Below, piece after piece: positions 13,071-25,051 of a DNA stretch of 64,000 bases (position 1 is the first letter of the stretch; the number at the start of each line of letters is the position of its first letter). The notes beneath the pieces are model-generated. The model did not search any database. It was given only the letters and a program-made list of their open reading frames with translations, and was not told the DNA's origin. The stretch comes from Octopus bimaculoides (lineage: Eukaryota): contig NC_068985.1 in NCBI RefSeq assembly GCF_001194135.2, positions 26,859,426 to 26,923,425 of the forward strand. Direction: 5' to 3'. Position numbers and translations under genes: made by a program.

Positions 13071-13830
13071 NNNNNNNNNNNNNNNNNNNNNNNNNNNNNN
13101 NNNNNNNNNNNNNNNNNNNNNNNNNNNNNNNNNNNNNNNNNNNNNNNNNNNNNNNNNNNNNNNNNNNNNNNNNNNNNNNNNNNNNNNNNNNNNNNNNNNN
13201 NNNNNNNNNNNNNNNNNNNNNNNNNNNNNNNNNNNNNNNNNNNNNNNNNNNNNNNNNNNNNNNNNNNNNNNNNNNNNNNNNNNNNNNNNNNNNNNNNNNN
13301 NNNNNNNNNNNNNNNNNNNNNNNNNNNNNNNNNNNNNNNNNNNNNNNNNNNNNNNNNNNNNNNNNNNNNNNNNNNNNNNNNNNNNNNNNNNNNNNNNNNN
13401 NNNNNNNNNNNNNNNNNNNNNNNNNNNNNNNNNNNNNNNNNNNNNNNNNNNNNNNNNNNNNNNNNNNNNNNNNNNNNNNNNNNNNNNNNNNNNNNNNNNN
13501 NNNNNNNNNNNNNNNNNNNNNNNNNNNNNNNNNNNNNNNNNNNNNNNNNCACCACCACCACCACCACCACCTCCTCCTCGTCGTCGTCGTTCTAACGATG
13601 CTTGCATGAGTCGGACGGAGTTTATTGATGAAGATTTTCTAACGTCGGATTTTTTTTTATATATATATATAAGCACAAGCATGGCTGTGTAACAAGAAGC
13701 TTGCTTTCCAGCCACATGATTCCAGGATCAGATTTCTACTATAGCCTCAGACCGACCAAAGCCTTATGAGTGAATTTAGTAGACGGAAACGGAAAGAAGC
13801 CGGTTGTGTGCGTGTGTATATATATATATA

Positions 13831-14118
13831 GTAAAGTTTATTTGCCAACAGAATGTGGCAGTCCTATACAAGGACTATGTTACTGTTGTTTAGCCCCAGG
13901 AAAACATCTTTTCCTGCTGGCATTCGACACAGTTTGTGTCCGTATAGTTTGAGCAAGGGAGGTCATCGCTCCCATTTCTAGCCTTCAAGACAGAGGCTAG
14001 AAATGGGAGAGATGGGAGAAATGGGAGCCAGCTGGAAAGGATATTTTCCTGTGGCTAAACAACAGTAACATAGTCCTTGTAATAGGACTGCCACATTCTG
14101 TTGGCAAATAAACTTTAC
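13831..14118. mobile_element. Foldback MITE with ~88-bp terminal inverted arms, flanked by TA
   Basis: ta|gtaaagtttatttgccaacagaatgtggcagtccta...taggactgccacattctgttggcaaataaactttac|ta, plus an internal hairpin tcccatttctagcct-N9-aggctagaaatggga. Confidence 0.85.
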
Positions 14119-14914
14119 TATTCGGTACTGCATATCTCTCACTCGGAGATTTAAAACTATATATATGAGTGTGTGCGTGTGTGTGTGTGCGCGCGTGTGT
14201 GTGTGTGTGTGTGTGTGCGTGCGTGTGTGTGTGTGTATACATGTGTGTATATATAATATGCCTGCAATATGAATGACATAATGATAGAATATGTGGAAAT
14301 ATAAAGCAAATTTATGGACACTAACTTTTCACAGTTACGCTATGTGTGTGTTTGGCTGTGTGGCAGGAAGTTTGCCTCACAATCATATGGTTCCGTATTC
14401 AATCCCACTATGAGGCGCCTCTGGGCAAGTGTCTTTTCGCTTGTTTCTTTCATTTTTTTTTCTCTCTTCATACTCCATCCAGTCGTCCACCCGACCAGTT
14501 GATAAGTATAAACAAACAATATAGATCCTATGTAAATCCAATTACAACCTTTACGTCGTCACCCAGGTTGTTTACATACAATATCTACCCATCATCATCA
14601 TAATTTAACGTCCGTTTTCCATGCTGCCATGCGTTGGACAGTTTGATAGTAGCAATCAATAATTAAATAAATTTGTCGGACAATTTGAAATTCGGTTGAA
14701 CTATACAATCAATCAAATCAGCCGGTCAATCAATCGATTCAAAACAACAAGCAAGTGTGCTTGGGTAAGTGTACTATTGCCACTGTTCGACTAAAGCCTT
14801 GTGAGTGAATTTGGTAGACGGAAACTGGAAAGAAGCCCGTCGTGTAGTCTGTATATATATATACAGCGTAGTCTGTATACATATATATACAGCTTACGAT
14901 AATATATATATATA

Positions 14915-16123
14915 CTGGTTCATCCCATAAATAATGTAACTTTTTTTCAATTGCATGAATTAAAAGTTAGAAGAGGACGGGATGAACTACCTGCATCAAC
15001 TTGCTGTAAGAGCAGGTAGTAATTTTACCTTGTACTTATTCTTAGTGCAAGTTTTGAAGAGTGCAGTTCGATCTTAACAGTCATTTTTTCAAAGCTATGA
15101 TGGAAGTGACAAAGGAGCAAATTCAGCATATTTTGCTTTATGAGTCCAATAAAGGCAACAACACAATGTAAAGTGCAAGTAATGCAGTATACGGGGATCG
15201 TACAATAAGCGTAAGCCAGTGTCAATGGTGGTTCCAGAAATTTCGAGTCGGGCACTACAGCTCAGAAAACGAGCCTCGTCCTGGAAGATCTGTAGAACTC
15301 GATGAGGACGTCCTGCAAACCCCGATGGAACAAAATCCTATCGTAACTGTTGAGGAACTAGCAGAGAAGCTTGGATTTGGTCATTCAACCATTCATCGAC
15401 ACCTGCGCGCCATCGGAAAAGTGAGCAAATTGGGTTAATGGGTTCCTGATAAACTTACCGAGTCTAACGCGTGCAGAGAATGAATGTGTGCTCTTCTTTG
15501 TCCCGTCTCACGAATGAACCTTTTTTGGACTGAATAGTAACGAGAAATGGGTTCACTATAAAAATGTCAAGCACCGAAGTCAGTGTGTAGGAAAAGGAGA
15601 AACACCGGCACACCAGGCTAAGGAAGGTGTTCACCCATGTAAGGTATCGTTAACTGTTTGGTGGGACATGAAAGGTACAGTCCACTTTGAACTTTTAAAC
15701 CCAAATCAAACGATAACAAAGAAGATCTACTGTGAGCTGCTTCAGCGGCTTACGTCAGCGCTAGAAGAGAAATGACCACCTTTGGTTTCAAGACAAAAGG
15801 TGCTCTTCCATCAGGATAATGCTCGACGACATACAGCGAGGATGATATTCCAAAGGCTGGAGCAGTTTGAATGGGAAACGATGCCCCGCCCACCGTATTT
15901 GCCGGACAGTGCCCCATACGATTATTATTTATCCTGAAGTCTTCAAAATCATCTGGACGGAAAAAATATTAATTCTGTAGATGAGATCAGAACAGTACTG
16001 GAGGAGTACTTTTCGTCACGGACAAGTGAATTTTGGAAGAGGGGCCTTGCAAATCTACCAGATAGATGGAAGAGCATTGTGAAAAATGAAGGGAGAGTGT
16101 ACATTATTTATGTGATGACCCAG
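14915..16123 (+). mobile_element. Full-length dead mariner transposon (DD34D)
   Basis: TIRs ctggttcatcccataaataatg / cattatttatgtgatgacccag with TA on both sides. Transposase from ~15100: MEVTKEQIQHILLYE..., WVPDKLT, EKWVHY, VWWD, HQDNARRH-...-PPYLPDSAPYDY (34 aa between the Asp residues). Contains in-frame stops and frameshifts. Confidence 0.95.
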
Positions 16124-16559
16124 TATATATATAGATAGATATAGATATATATACATATATATATATATGTGTGTGTGTACATATATATATATATGCGTAT
16201 ATATATATGTGTGTGTGTGTGTACACCCACCTACACGCACATCTCAAAAGTAAATAGACACCATCATTTTTTAAAGATTCATTTCTTGAAACAAAATAAT
16301 GACATTTGATGTATCATTTAAGCAAATCTATTATTTAGTAGATATGCCTTGTGCAGTTTTTAGTGGATTAGCCTGTTTAGACATCGTACTAATGAGTAAT
16401 GTCCACACAGAGAAAACGGTCTTAAGGGAAGTGTCTGTCTCCTTACTTTTAAGATGCCTGTGTGTGTGTATATGAATGTGTATAAGTATGTATGTATGTA
16501 TGTATATTTTTTCATTGAAAATTGTCTTTATGGTTTAAAACTTGAAATATGATGTCTGT

Positions 16560-16960
16560 GGCAATAGGAGGTCTGTTCTCTCATCAACATTTAATTGTTA
16601 TTTCTTTCCTTGATTATCAATTTGATTTACAATATTCTCGTCTGTTCCTGTATCGGTAATTGAATTTTTGAGATTTGTCGTTGATGGCCGTTATGATCAA
16701 TTTTTTTTTTTTTGTCTAATTAGATGAAAATATTGTTTAATTTTTCTGTTCCTCGTAGCTTGCTATTCAGTTTCTTTTCAAAGTAGCCACTAATTTTTTG
16801 GTATTTTATATTTTTAATCAATAGACATAAATCTTTCTCAATGGTTGTAATAATATGTTGGTAGGCGAACATTTATAAGATTTAAATTCGAAGTTAATGT
16901 CATTCGTTTTGTTATCCTGTTTATCAACAAGTTGCAGTAGTTCGGTGTCGGTATTTTTGA
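16560..16960 (-). mobile_element. Highly decayed Penelope-like element, region upstream of the RT core
   Basis: Minus translation TIEKDLCLLIKNIKYQKISGYFEKKLNSKLRGTEKLNNIFI*LDK...NIVNQIDNQGKK resembles, from memory, the PLE segment preceding the 'ADK' motif. Heavily degenerate. Confidence 0.4.
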
Positions 16961-17945
16961 GGGTGTTGTCACTGAGTCATTCGGTTGCTTTAATAATTTT
17001 TGTTGCAATGGTTTAAGGCATTCAACAAGAGGAGCGTAATGCGGTTTTATGTTAATATATATTCAAAGATCAAAGCGGACAACAAACCATGAAAATGAGT
17101 CAATGCAGGGTGCGGAATGAATTAAATGTTATAGTTAAAAGATTAGATGCGATATATTGTACTTGACATGCGCGTAAGAAAAGAGAGCCTCCTTGAATGT
17201 ATCTGAATGTGTGAGATATTAGCAGAAGGTTGTGGAAAAATAAGTCACTGTATGAATGTGATCAGAGGAAAGTGTTGGGGAAAGATAACATGTACTAACT
17301 TTCATAGTATTCCGTTATATTTTTATATTTTATATAGTTCTAAATCTATTTTCATATTGGCTTTAGTTATATTTGTTTGTTCCTTCATAAATATTCTTTA
17401 TTTCATTTAAGTTACTTTTATATCATTTTTAATATAATTTTTAATCTTTTAAAGTCATATAATGTAATTCATCATATTGGTAGAAATTTTGATGTTTAAT
17501 CAATAGGAATAAAGGCAAAAGTTTATGAGTGATGCAACTACAGGATATCCAACACACTAATTGCTAAGATTTAATGTATCAAACTTTTCTGTCCTGTGTT
17601 TTCTGTTTTCTTTCCTGCTCTTATTATTTTTTTCTGTTTTCTTTCCTGCTCTTATTATTTTTTTAAATACATATATAATACCTTGCAACTTTTTTCTTGA
17701 CAAGTATTTCTCTCACTTTTATAAACTCTCAACTTCCACAATCTGAACTGCTGTTTCTTTGTTAAAATCAACGAACGCGCGCGTGCAATTGCGATGCTAC
17801 GTAATACGCATGTGATATGATATATAATATATGATATAATGTGATATGATATATGCGCACGCAAAAATACACCTACACACACGATATGCGGGGTATATTA
17901 ATTTCATTAGAATAATTACAAGTTTTTGTGGGGTTTATTATTATC

Positions 17946-19035
17946 ATTTCTTGCAGATCCCTCATGACAGATAAAGATGCTAACGCAAGAAATGAAAAGA
18001 CATGCAGGTGTAGGAGTGGACCTTCAAAAACGTGTTGCTTGAGGGCATTCGATAAAAATCATGTGTTCTGAAAAAAGGCCAATACATGACTACAATGACG
18101 CAGGAAATATATTATTATTATTATTATGATTGTTGTTGTTGTTGTTGCTGTTGTTGTTGTTGTTGTTGTTGTTATTTCTTGCATGTCCTTCATGACAGAT
18201 AAGATGCTAACGCAAAAAATGAAAAGACATGCAGGTGAAGGAGTGGACCTTCAGAAACGTGTTGCTTGAGGACATTCGATAAAAATCATGTGTTATGAAG
18301 ACTACAATGACGCAGGAGAACTGTTTGATCCGTGCTAAGCGGTTACTTAACAAGGTTTAAAACCGCCATTTACATGGCATGCATTGGTTCTTCTCTAAGA
18401 AAAACCGTCACACATATGGCATATTTTGGTTCTTCTCTGATAAGAAAAACCGTCACGAAGACATGTTTTGGTTCTTCTCTGATAAGAAAAACTTCGACCA
18501 AGACTAAAAGCCTCTCAAAAGAAATGATAGATGGCTATGTGCAGATACTTCACCAGAATGATGCATAGTAAGTTTCCAGCAACTGTGATGGTTTTAGGAT
18601 TGATGAGTAATGAAAGCCATCTCATACCATCTCACATCTTACCACAGAATTGTAAAGCTCTGGATGGATGAAGTATGCAGTGCAAGTCCATACGAGTTTC
18701 AACAAGACTTAGCACCTTTTCACAAGTTTCACGTAACCTAATAATGGATGTCAAACAACATTTACGACCATGTAAGATCAAAGTTGTAGGCCTCCAAACT
18801 TGCTAGATTAAAACCCCATGAGCTTCTCTGTTTGGATCGTTGTTGAAAGGCAAATTAATCGACATCATCAAAATACCATAGCTTCAGTGAAGGCCGCCAT
18901 TGTCCAGGTGATCCAAAGTGAATTAAGATCATTTAGTGCAGGCATGCCAATGATTCCCGCCCTGCACTGAAGCAGTCATCGAAGCTGATGACGAATTCAT
19001 CGAATACTCTTATAAGAAACTTATCGAGAACGTGT
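17946..19035 (+). mobile_element. maT/mori-type (DD37D) Tc1/mariner transposase remnant with internal tandem duplications
   Basis: Motifs: MQV*EWTFKNVLLEGIR*KS..KGQYMT, LIRAKRLLNK, FWFFSDKKNFDQD, RNDRWLC, KFPATVMVLGLMSNE and FQQDLAPFH. The second Asp codon (18706) and the third acidic codon (18820) are 37 codons apart. Confidence 0.8.
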
Positions 19036-19819
19036 CACAAATTTTTATTCTGTGCAAGAGGTATTTCAACAGCAACTGTGAATTTCAGTCAGATGTACGA
19101 AGTTTCAATAGTAGTGGTTCACTTCAAGTTTAGATGAGATATTCATTCACAACATCACGATTTTCTTCAGACAATATCGGAATTCATTTTGTGAATAGTC
19201 AGTACAGTATTCAAGAAAACCTAAGATTATTCAAACAAAAATTGAAGCAAAAACAAGAAACAAAGAAAAATCACTGAGATCTCACAGATCTTTGTCTATT
19301 GACAGAAGAAAGATTTGTAAGACAATTCAAAAGATTTCTTAAAAAAAAGAACCATTATTGAAAGAATTACGAAAAATAACAAAACAACGAAGTACGATAT
19401 TTTTGCATTAAAATTCAGTGACGTTACTGACCTATAACCCTAAAAAATTTACACTCCGTATGTATATATGCATTTCAAATATGAATACTTGGTCAAGTTT
19501 AGAAGTACTTTCTTCCTTTGTTCAGATTCTTGCTTTTTAAGTTTAGCAAAGAAATCACTGAAAACGTTCAGAAAATTTCATACACAACACATATATACAC
19601 ACTTAGCAAATTCACAGTTACTTACGTGCCGACATATAGATATTCCCATGAGACATGTTGTTACCACCGTCTAAACATAAGTATTGTACATTTAAGGGGT
19701 AATGTATAAAGAAAGAAAAGAGTTGAAACTATAAGGTCATAAACTAGACGTACTATAAAGCAAACTAATGTTTAGCTGTGTGCTTACACCACAAATACAC
19801 TGACACGCACATATGCGAA

Positions 19820-19850
19820 TGCATGCGTGTATATTTGTGTGTGTGTGTGT

Positions 19851-19881
<31 letters not shown>

Positions 19882-20082
19882 AGCGTGTGCTTGTGTGTCT
19901 GTGTGTTTATACATATATGTGTGTATATAAATACAAGGCCTCCCCTTTTTTGTCTTTTTTCTTTCCCTTTCTCTATCTCTCTCTATATATATATTTATAT
20001 ACAGACATGTATATACATATATATATTCATATATATATATACACATGTATATATATATATACATATATACGTATATATATAT

Positions 20083-20149
<67 letters not shown>

Positions 20150-20414
20150 CATATATACACATGTATATATATATACATATATGCATATATATATACATAC
20201 ATGTATATACATATAAATATATACACATACATAAATATATAATATATATATATATACATACCTATTTGTATATATATATATATACATGTATATATATACA
20301 TATATACATATATATATATGTATACATACATGTATATATATACATACATAAATATAATACACACACACACACATATATATATATATAGACAGACAGGCAG
20401 ACAGACAGACAGAC

Positions 20415-20468
<54 letters not shown>

Positions 20469-20470
20469 AC
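19820..20470. repeat. Compound (TG)/(TA)/(CA)/(GACA)/(GATA) microsatellite field
   Basis: Direct reading. It is the source of several spurious ORFs in the track. Confidence 0.95.
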
Positions 20471-20605
20471 TTACTTGGAAAATGGATGAGTGGAGTTCAA
20501 TCATATAATAATATAAATAATATATATATACACATATACATACATATATATGCATATATACATACATATATGCACATACATATATATATATATGTATATA
20601 CATAT

Positions 20606-22216
20606 GCATATATGGGTACAGGACGTCATAAAACGTAAACATGAAATACGAAATACGAACTTTTTTGCGAACAACGAAAGAAACAAATGGAAAACAAGAC
20701 AGGTAACATAAAGACCCTTCATCAGTTGCCGGCTGTTTATCTGCTCCACATTTCGAGCAATTACAACAAGACGTGTCTTCGAGAAAACAGTTGTTCCCGC
20801 ACAGCAAAATTAAATTTGGGAATTGCGAAGGGTCAAAGTTGGTAACAAAAACAGGACAGTGAAAACAAACAGTAAGGGTTGCTAAGCCATAACGAGGTGA
20901 GGTGGCGAACGCTGGACGAACAAGATTTGACAGGAGAAAAGATAGGATAGGAGACAGACAAGAATGCTTGTGATCTGTGTGTATATATATACTGCATCTC
21001 CGGCTCTCTCTGCCCTTCTCTATACATCGGGCAAACGGGACGCCGCTTGACTGACCGGTTCGCGGAACACCTCCGAGACATCCGACTCGGCAATGACACC
21101 CTGGCCTCACGCCATTTCCGCTCTACTGGTCACTCTTCGCAACACCTGTCTGTGTTCGTCTTGTCCTTGCACGGGGGCCATCTGTTTGCGCCGTGAACAG
21201 GGGTTAATCTTCTCTCTTCGCTCCTTTGCGCCACATGGGCTCAACTCTCCTCCATTCTTCATCCAATCTCTTCTCCTTGCCTCTCCCTCCCCTCACACCT
21301 ACTTCCTCCCACCCACCTCTCCTCTCTTGCTCCGACGCCTACTTCTCCTAATTCCTACTCTCCTTCTCTCTTCTCTTCACTCCTACCCACCTTCTCCTTC
21401 CCCNNNNNNNNNNNNNNNNNNNNNNNNNNNNNNNNNNNNNNNNNNNNNNNNNNNNNNNNNNNNNNNNNNNNNNNNNNNNNNNNNNNNNNNNNNNNNNNNN
21501 NNNNNNNNNNNNNNNNNNNNNNNNNNNNNNNNNNNNNNNNNNNNNNNNNNNNNNNNNNNNNNNNNNNNNNNNNNNNNNNNNNNNNNNNNNNNNNNNNNNN
21601 NNNNNNNNNNNNNNNNNNNNNNNNNNNNNNNNNNNNNNNNNNNNNNNNNNNNNNNNNNNNNNNNNNNNNNNNNNNNNNNNNNNNNNNNNNNNNNNNNNNN
21701 NNNNNNNNNNNNNNNNNNNNNNNNNNNNNNNNNNNNNNNNNNNNNNNNNNNNNNNNNNNNNNNNNNNNNNNNNNNNNNNNNNNNNNNNNNNNNNNNNNNN
21801 NNNNNNNNNNNNNNNNNNNNNNNNNNNNNNNNNNNNNNNNNNNNNNNNNNNNNNNNNNNNNNNNNNNNNNNNNNNNNNNNNNNNNNNNNNNNNNNNNNNN
21901 NNNNNNNNNNNNNNNNNNNNNNNNNNNNNNNNNNNNNNNNNNNNNNNNNNNNNNTTTGGGATCACCACAACTTTATTATCTCCCCTTCTTCCTAGCTCTA
22001 CTGTGTGACCCTTCTGTCCGGCATTCACCATAATAGATCGCTAGCCACTACACATTCTTTATTTTCTCTTCTTGTTTCTTTCTGTGTCCCTTTCTGTGGA
22101 AGAGCGTAGGCTCGAAACGTTAAAGACTTTTTTACTTCCCGAGCGTTAAATTAATACTTCTGTTTGTTGTCTACACCATCTGTCTTCGTCTTTTTGTTTT
22201 TTGTGAATTCTCCCTC
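20606..22216 (+). mobile_element. Penelope-like element remnant: inverted 5' segment, GIY-YIG endonuclease fragment (20987-21265) and 3' terminal repeat (21955-22216)
   Basis: 20987-: IYCISGSLCPSLYIGQTGRRLTDRFAEHLRDIRLGNDTLASRHFRSTGHS...(frameshift)...REQGLIFSLRSFAPHGLN, a typical PLE GIY-YIG C-terminus. The terminal repeat with a hammerhead-like motif follows the gap. Linkage across the gap is assumed. Confidence 0.8.
22090..22125 (+). ncRNA. Minimal type I hammerhead-ribozyme-like motif with variant core (A6U, extra A)
   Basis: CUUU-CUGUGGA-A-GAG-cguagg-CUC-GAAA-CGUU-AAAG: stem I CUUU/AAAG, stem II GAG/CUC, and palindromic AACGUU in place of stem III. Confidence 0.55.
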
Positions 22217-22925
22217 CCCCTCTCTCTCTCTCTCTCTTTCTCTTTAGTCCAAAATCAACGAGCAAGTAGCTGTGGAATAAGCTATGAAAGCAACAAGTAA
22301 TTAAAAGTTAATTTTAAATTCAGTGAAGATAATTTTATAAGCTGCTATATTACTTTCATCATCGTTTGCTGCCGGCTACAAAAGTCCGGCAATAAGACGC
22401 TAATATTATCACTTCACTCTGAAATGGAGTTAAGAACGTTATTTTCTTAAAATAAATATAAAAGAAAATGAAAAATCGTTAATATACACAATCTGATTCA
22501 AACCTATTCTTGTCTCCAATATAACATTCTATAAGAGCTGTTATATATGTATGTAAGTATGTATGTATGTATGTATGTATGTATTACCCGTTTCTTTCGA
22601 ATCGTTTAAATTCTCCGTTAAACGAAGATGCCTCTGCGAACATGGTAGGTAACATTTTTACCCTTCGTTAGACGCCATTTCTCAAGCTCTCGAAAAACCA
22701 CAAATTTTTTTAACATGTACAGTGTAAAAGTTAGTTATTCCTGTCTAGATTACACCGCTTTCAGTATTACATAATACAACAGAAAAGAACCATGCACCTA
22801 TACAGCCCAGTCGATATGAAGCCCCTAATCAACTGGGAAAAATTCTGCTTTTCTGTGGCTATGGTTTGAGATGACTCTCACTCCACATGACTAACCTTGG
22901 AAATTCCGCTCGAGGGTCAAATGAA

Positions 22926-23268
22926 ACATCTTCGAAGCGTTGAATGCTCTCGACCTTAAACTACAAGGGGAAAATATCAACACTCTCACACATCACGACC
23001 CCATTCGAACCTTCATGGCCAAACTCGACCTTTGGAAATGTCGAATTCAGTAGGGAAATACAGCCAGTTTTAGTTACTTGGATTCTGCTCTCATTCACGG
23101 TAACCTTGATTCTGAGTTAAAGAAACAAATAATCACTTATTTAACTGACTTGAAAACAGAATTCATCAGATATTTCCCAAATGTAGATGAAAAGCGTGCA
23201 GCTTGGAAATTCATCAGGAACACATTTCAGTGTGAAGTGACTGATGTTTTGGATGAAGTGCAAGAGGA
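22926..23268 (+). mobile_element. hAT (Buster/Charlie, ZBED5/FAM200-like) transposase fragment
   Basis: IFEALNALDLKLQGENINTLTHHDPIRTFMAKLDLWKCRIQ*GNTASFSYLDSAL...KKQIITYLTDLKTEFIRYFP...WKFIRNTF matches the 'DIF..LN.LN..LQG...KL.LW...YFP...WI.NPF' pattern. One in-frame stop. Confidence 0.8.
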
Positions 23269-23582
23269 TATCGCTTCTATATATTTTATGCGTATGAGAT
23301 ACTGCAGACACGTAAATGTCATGTACTTCCAGATGTGAATAGGTGAATTATATCATATGTACTGTTTCTGACGTTAAAATAGAAGAATGCATGGCGTATT
23401 CTGTGACCTTTATCGACAACCAATACTGCTTTGATGTGTAATTCGATGAATTTGCGAATATTTATGCTTTTATAATATCACACAGCTTCCCTTCTTCAAT
23501 CGTTCGTGTAATCGGCGCCGTGAAGCTCAGAATAACGTTTCCAGAAATTTCAACTTTAACTTCTTATAATATGTACAAACAT

Positions 23583-23624
<42 letters not shown>

Positions 23625-24381
23625 CTCAAATATAGCTACTTGTTTCTTTGTAGAAGTATAAATATTTCGAGTAATATACGCACGCGTACGAACTTTTTTA
23701 TTCTCATCATCTTCATCCCTGCAGATAAACTTTGCAGGAAAGACTCTTTATTTTATACACACCCAAACATACACACACACGTACATGTACGTACATGCAT
23801 GTATATAAACATATGTATGCGTGCGTGTTTCTTAATATGTGTATATATGTATGTATGTGTTTACTGTAAGTAAGCATTTATGTATGTATGTATGACACAA
23901 ATATAAGTTTTCTTTCAGCGAGTGTCCCCATTATTGCCTTGAAACGTCAGGCATTATCATTAAATCTGTAAATAAGTATATAATAAGCATGTACCTTCGC
24001 ACGCACACGCACACACACGCACACACACATACACATGCATATGAGTGTGTCTGTTGTATTTTAAATATGTGCGTACTCGTGTTGTGTGTGTGCGCTCGCT
24101 CGCTCAGGCAGCCATTTCTTTCTGCGTATCATACGATACGTTTGATTCACGATGTCGGGCTGTGAATTGTTCTTGAAAGTATACACAGTATTTTGAGTTT
24201 CGTGTTGTGGGACCTTATTTCACGAATCTTATCTAAGAAAACACAAAACTCTTAAATAATCCTCTCTACTCACTAAGCCCCCGACCGCATTATGAAAAGA
24301 AATTCTCCGCACCTTTCTCCTCCTTTTACAATCATCTGGTTTCAACAAGCGAAAACTTTATCTACATCTGCTTATGATCAG

Positions 24382-24461
<80 letters not shown>

Positions 24462-24723
24462 TTATCAATCTATCTCTCCCTTTCTATATATATATATGTG
24501 TGTATGTGTGTGTGTATACATATACAGATACAAAATATACAGTTATACATACATAAGTATAAACATCTACATATACTCACATACACACACATTTGTAAAG
24601 CAAGATTTTGTTCCAGTTGGTAGTTGTACATAGATTGAAGCTGACGCTCACTATATGATCTTTTAAAATCATAAATTTCATACTACTTGACCAAGCTTTT
24701 ATGTGTAGTTATGAAATTCCCAT

Positions 24724-24795
<72 letters not shown>

Positions 24796-24994
24796 NNNNN
24801 NNNNNNNNNNNNNNNNNNNNNNNNNNNNNNNNNNNNNNNNNNNNNNNNNNNNNNNNNNNNNNNNNNNNNNNNNNNNNNNNNNNNNNNNNNNNNNNNNNNN
24901 NNNNNNNNNNNNNNNNNNNNNNNNNNNNNNNNNNNNNNNNNNNNNNNNNNNNNNNNNNNNNNNNNNNNNNNNNNNNNNNNNNNNNNNNNNNNNN

Positions 24995-25051
<57 letters not shown>

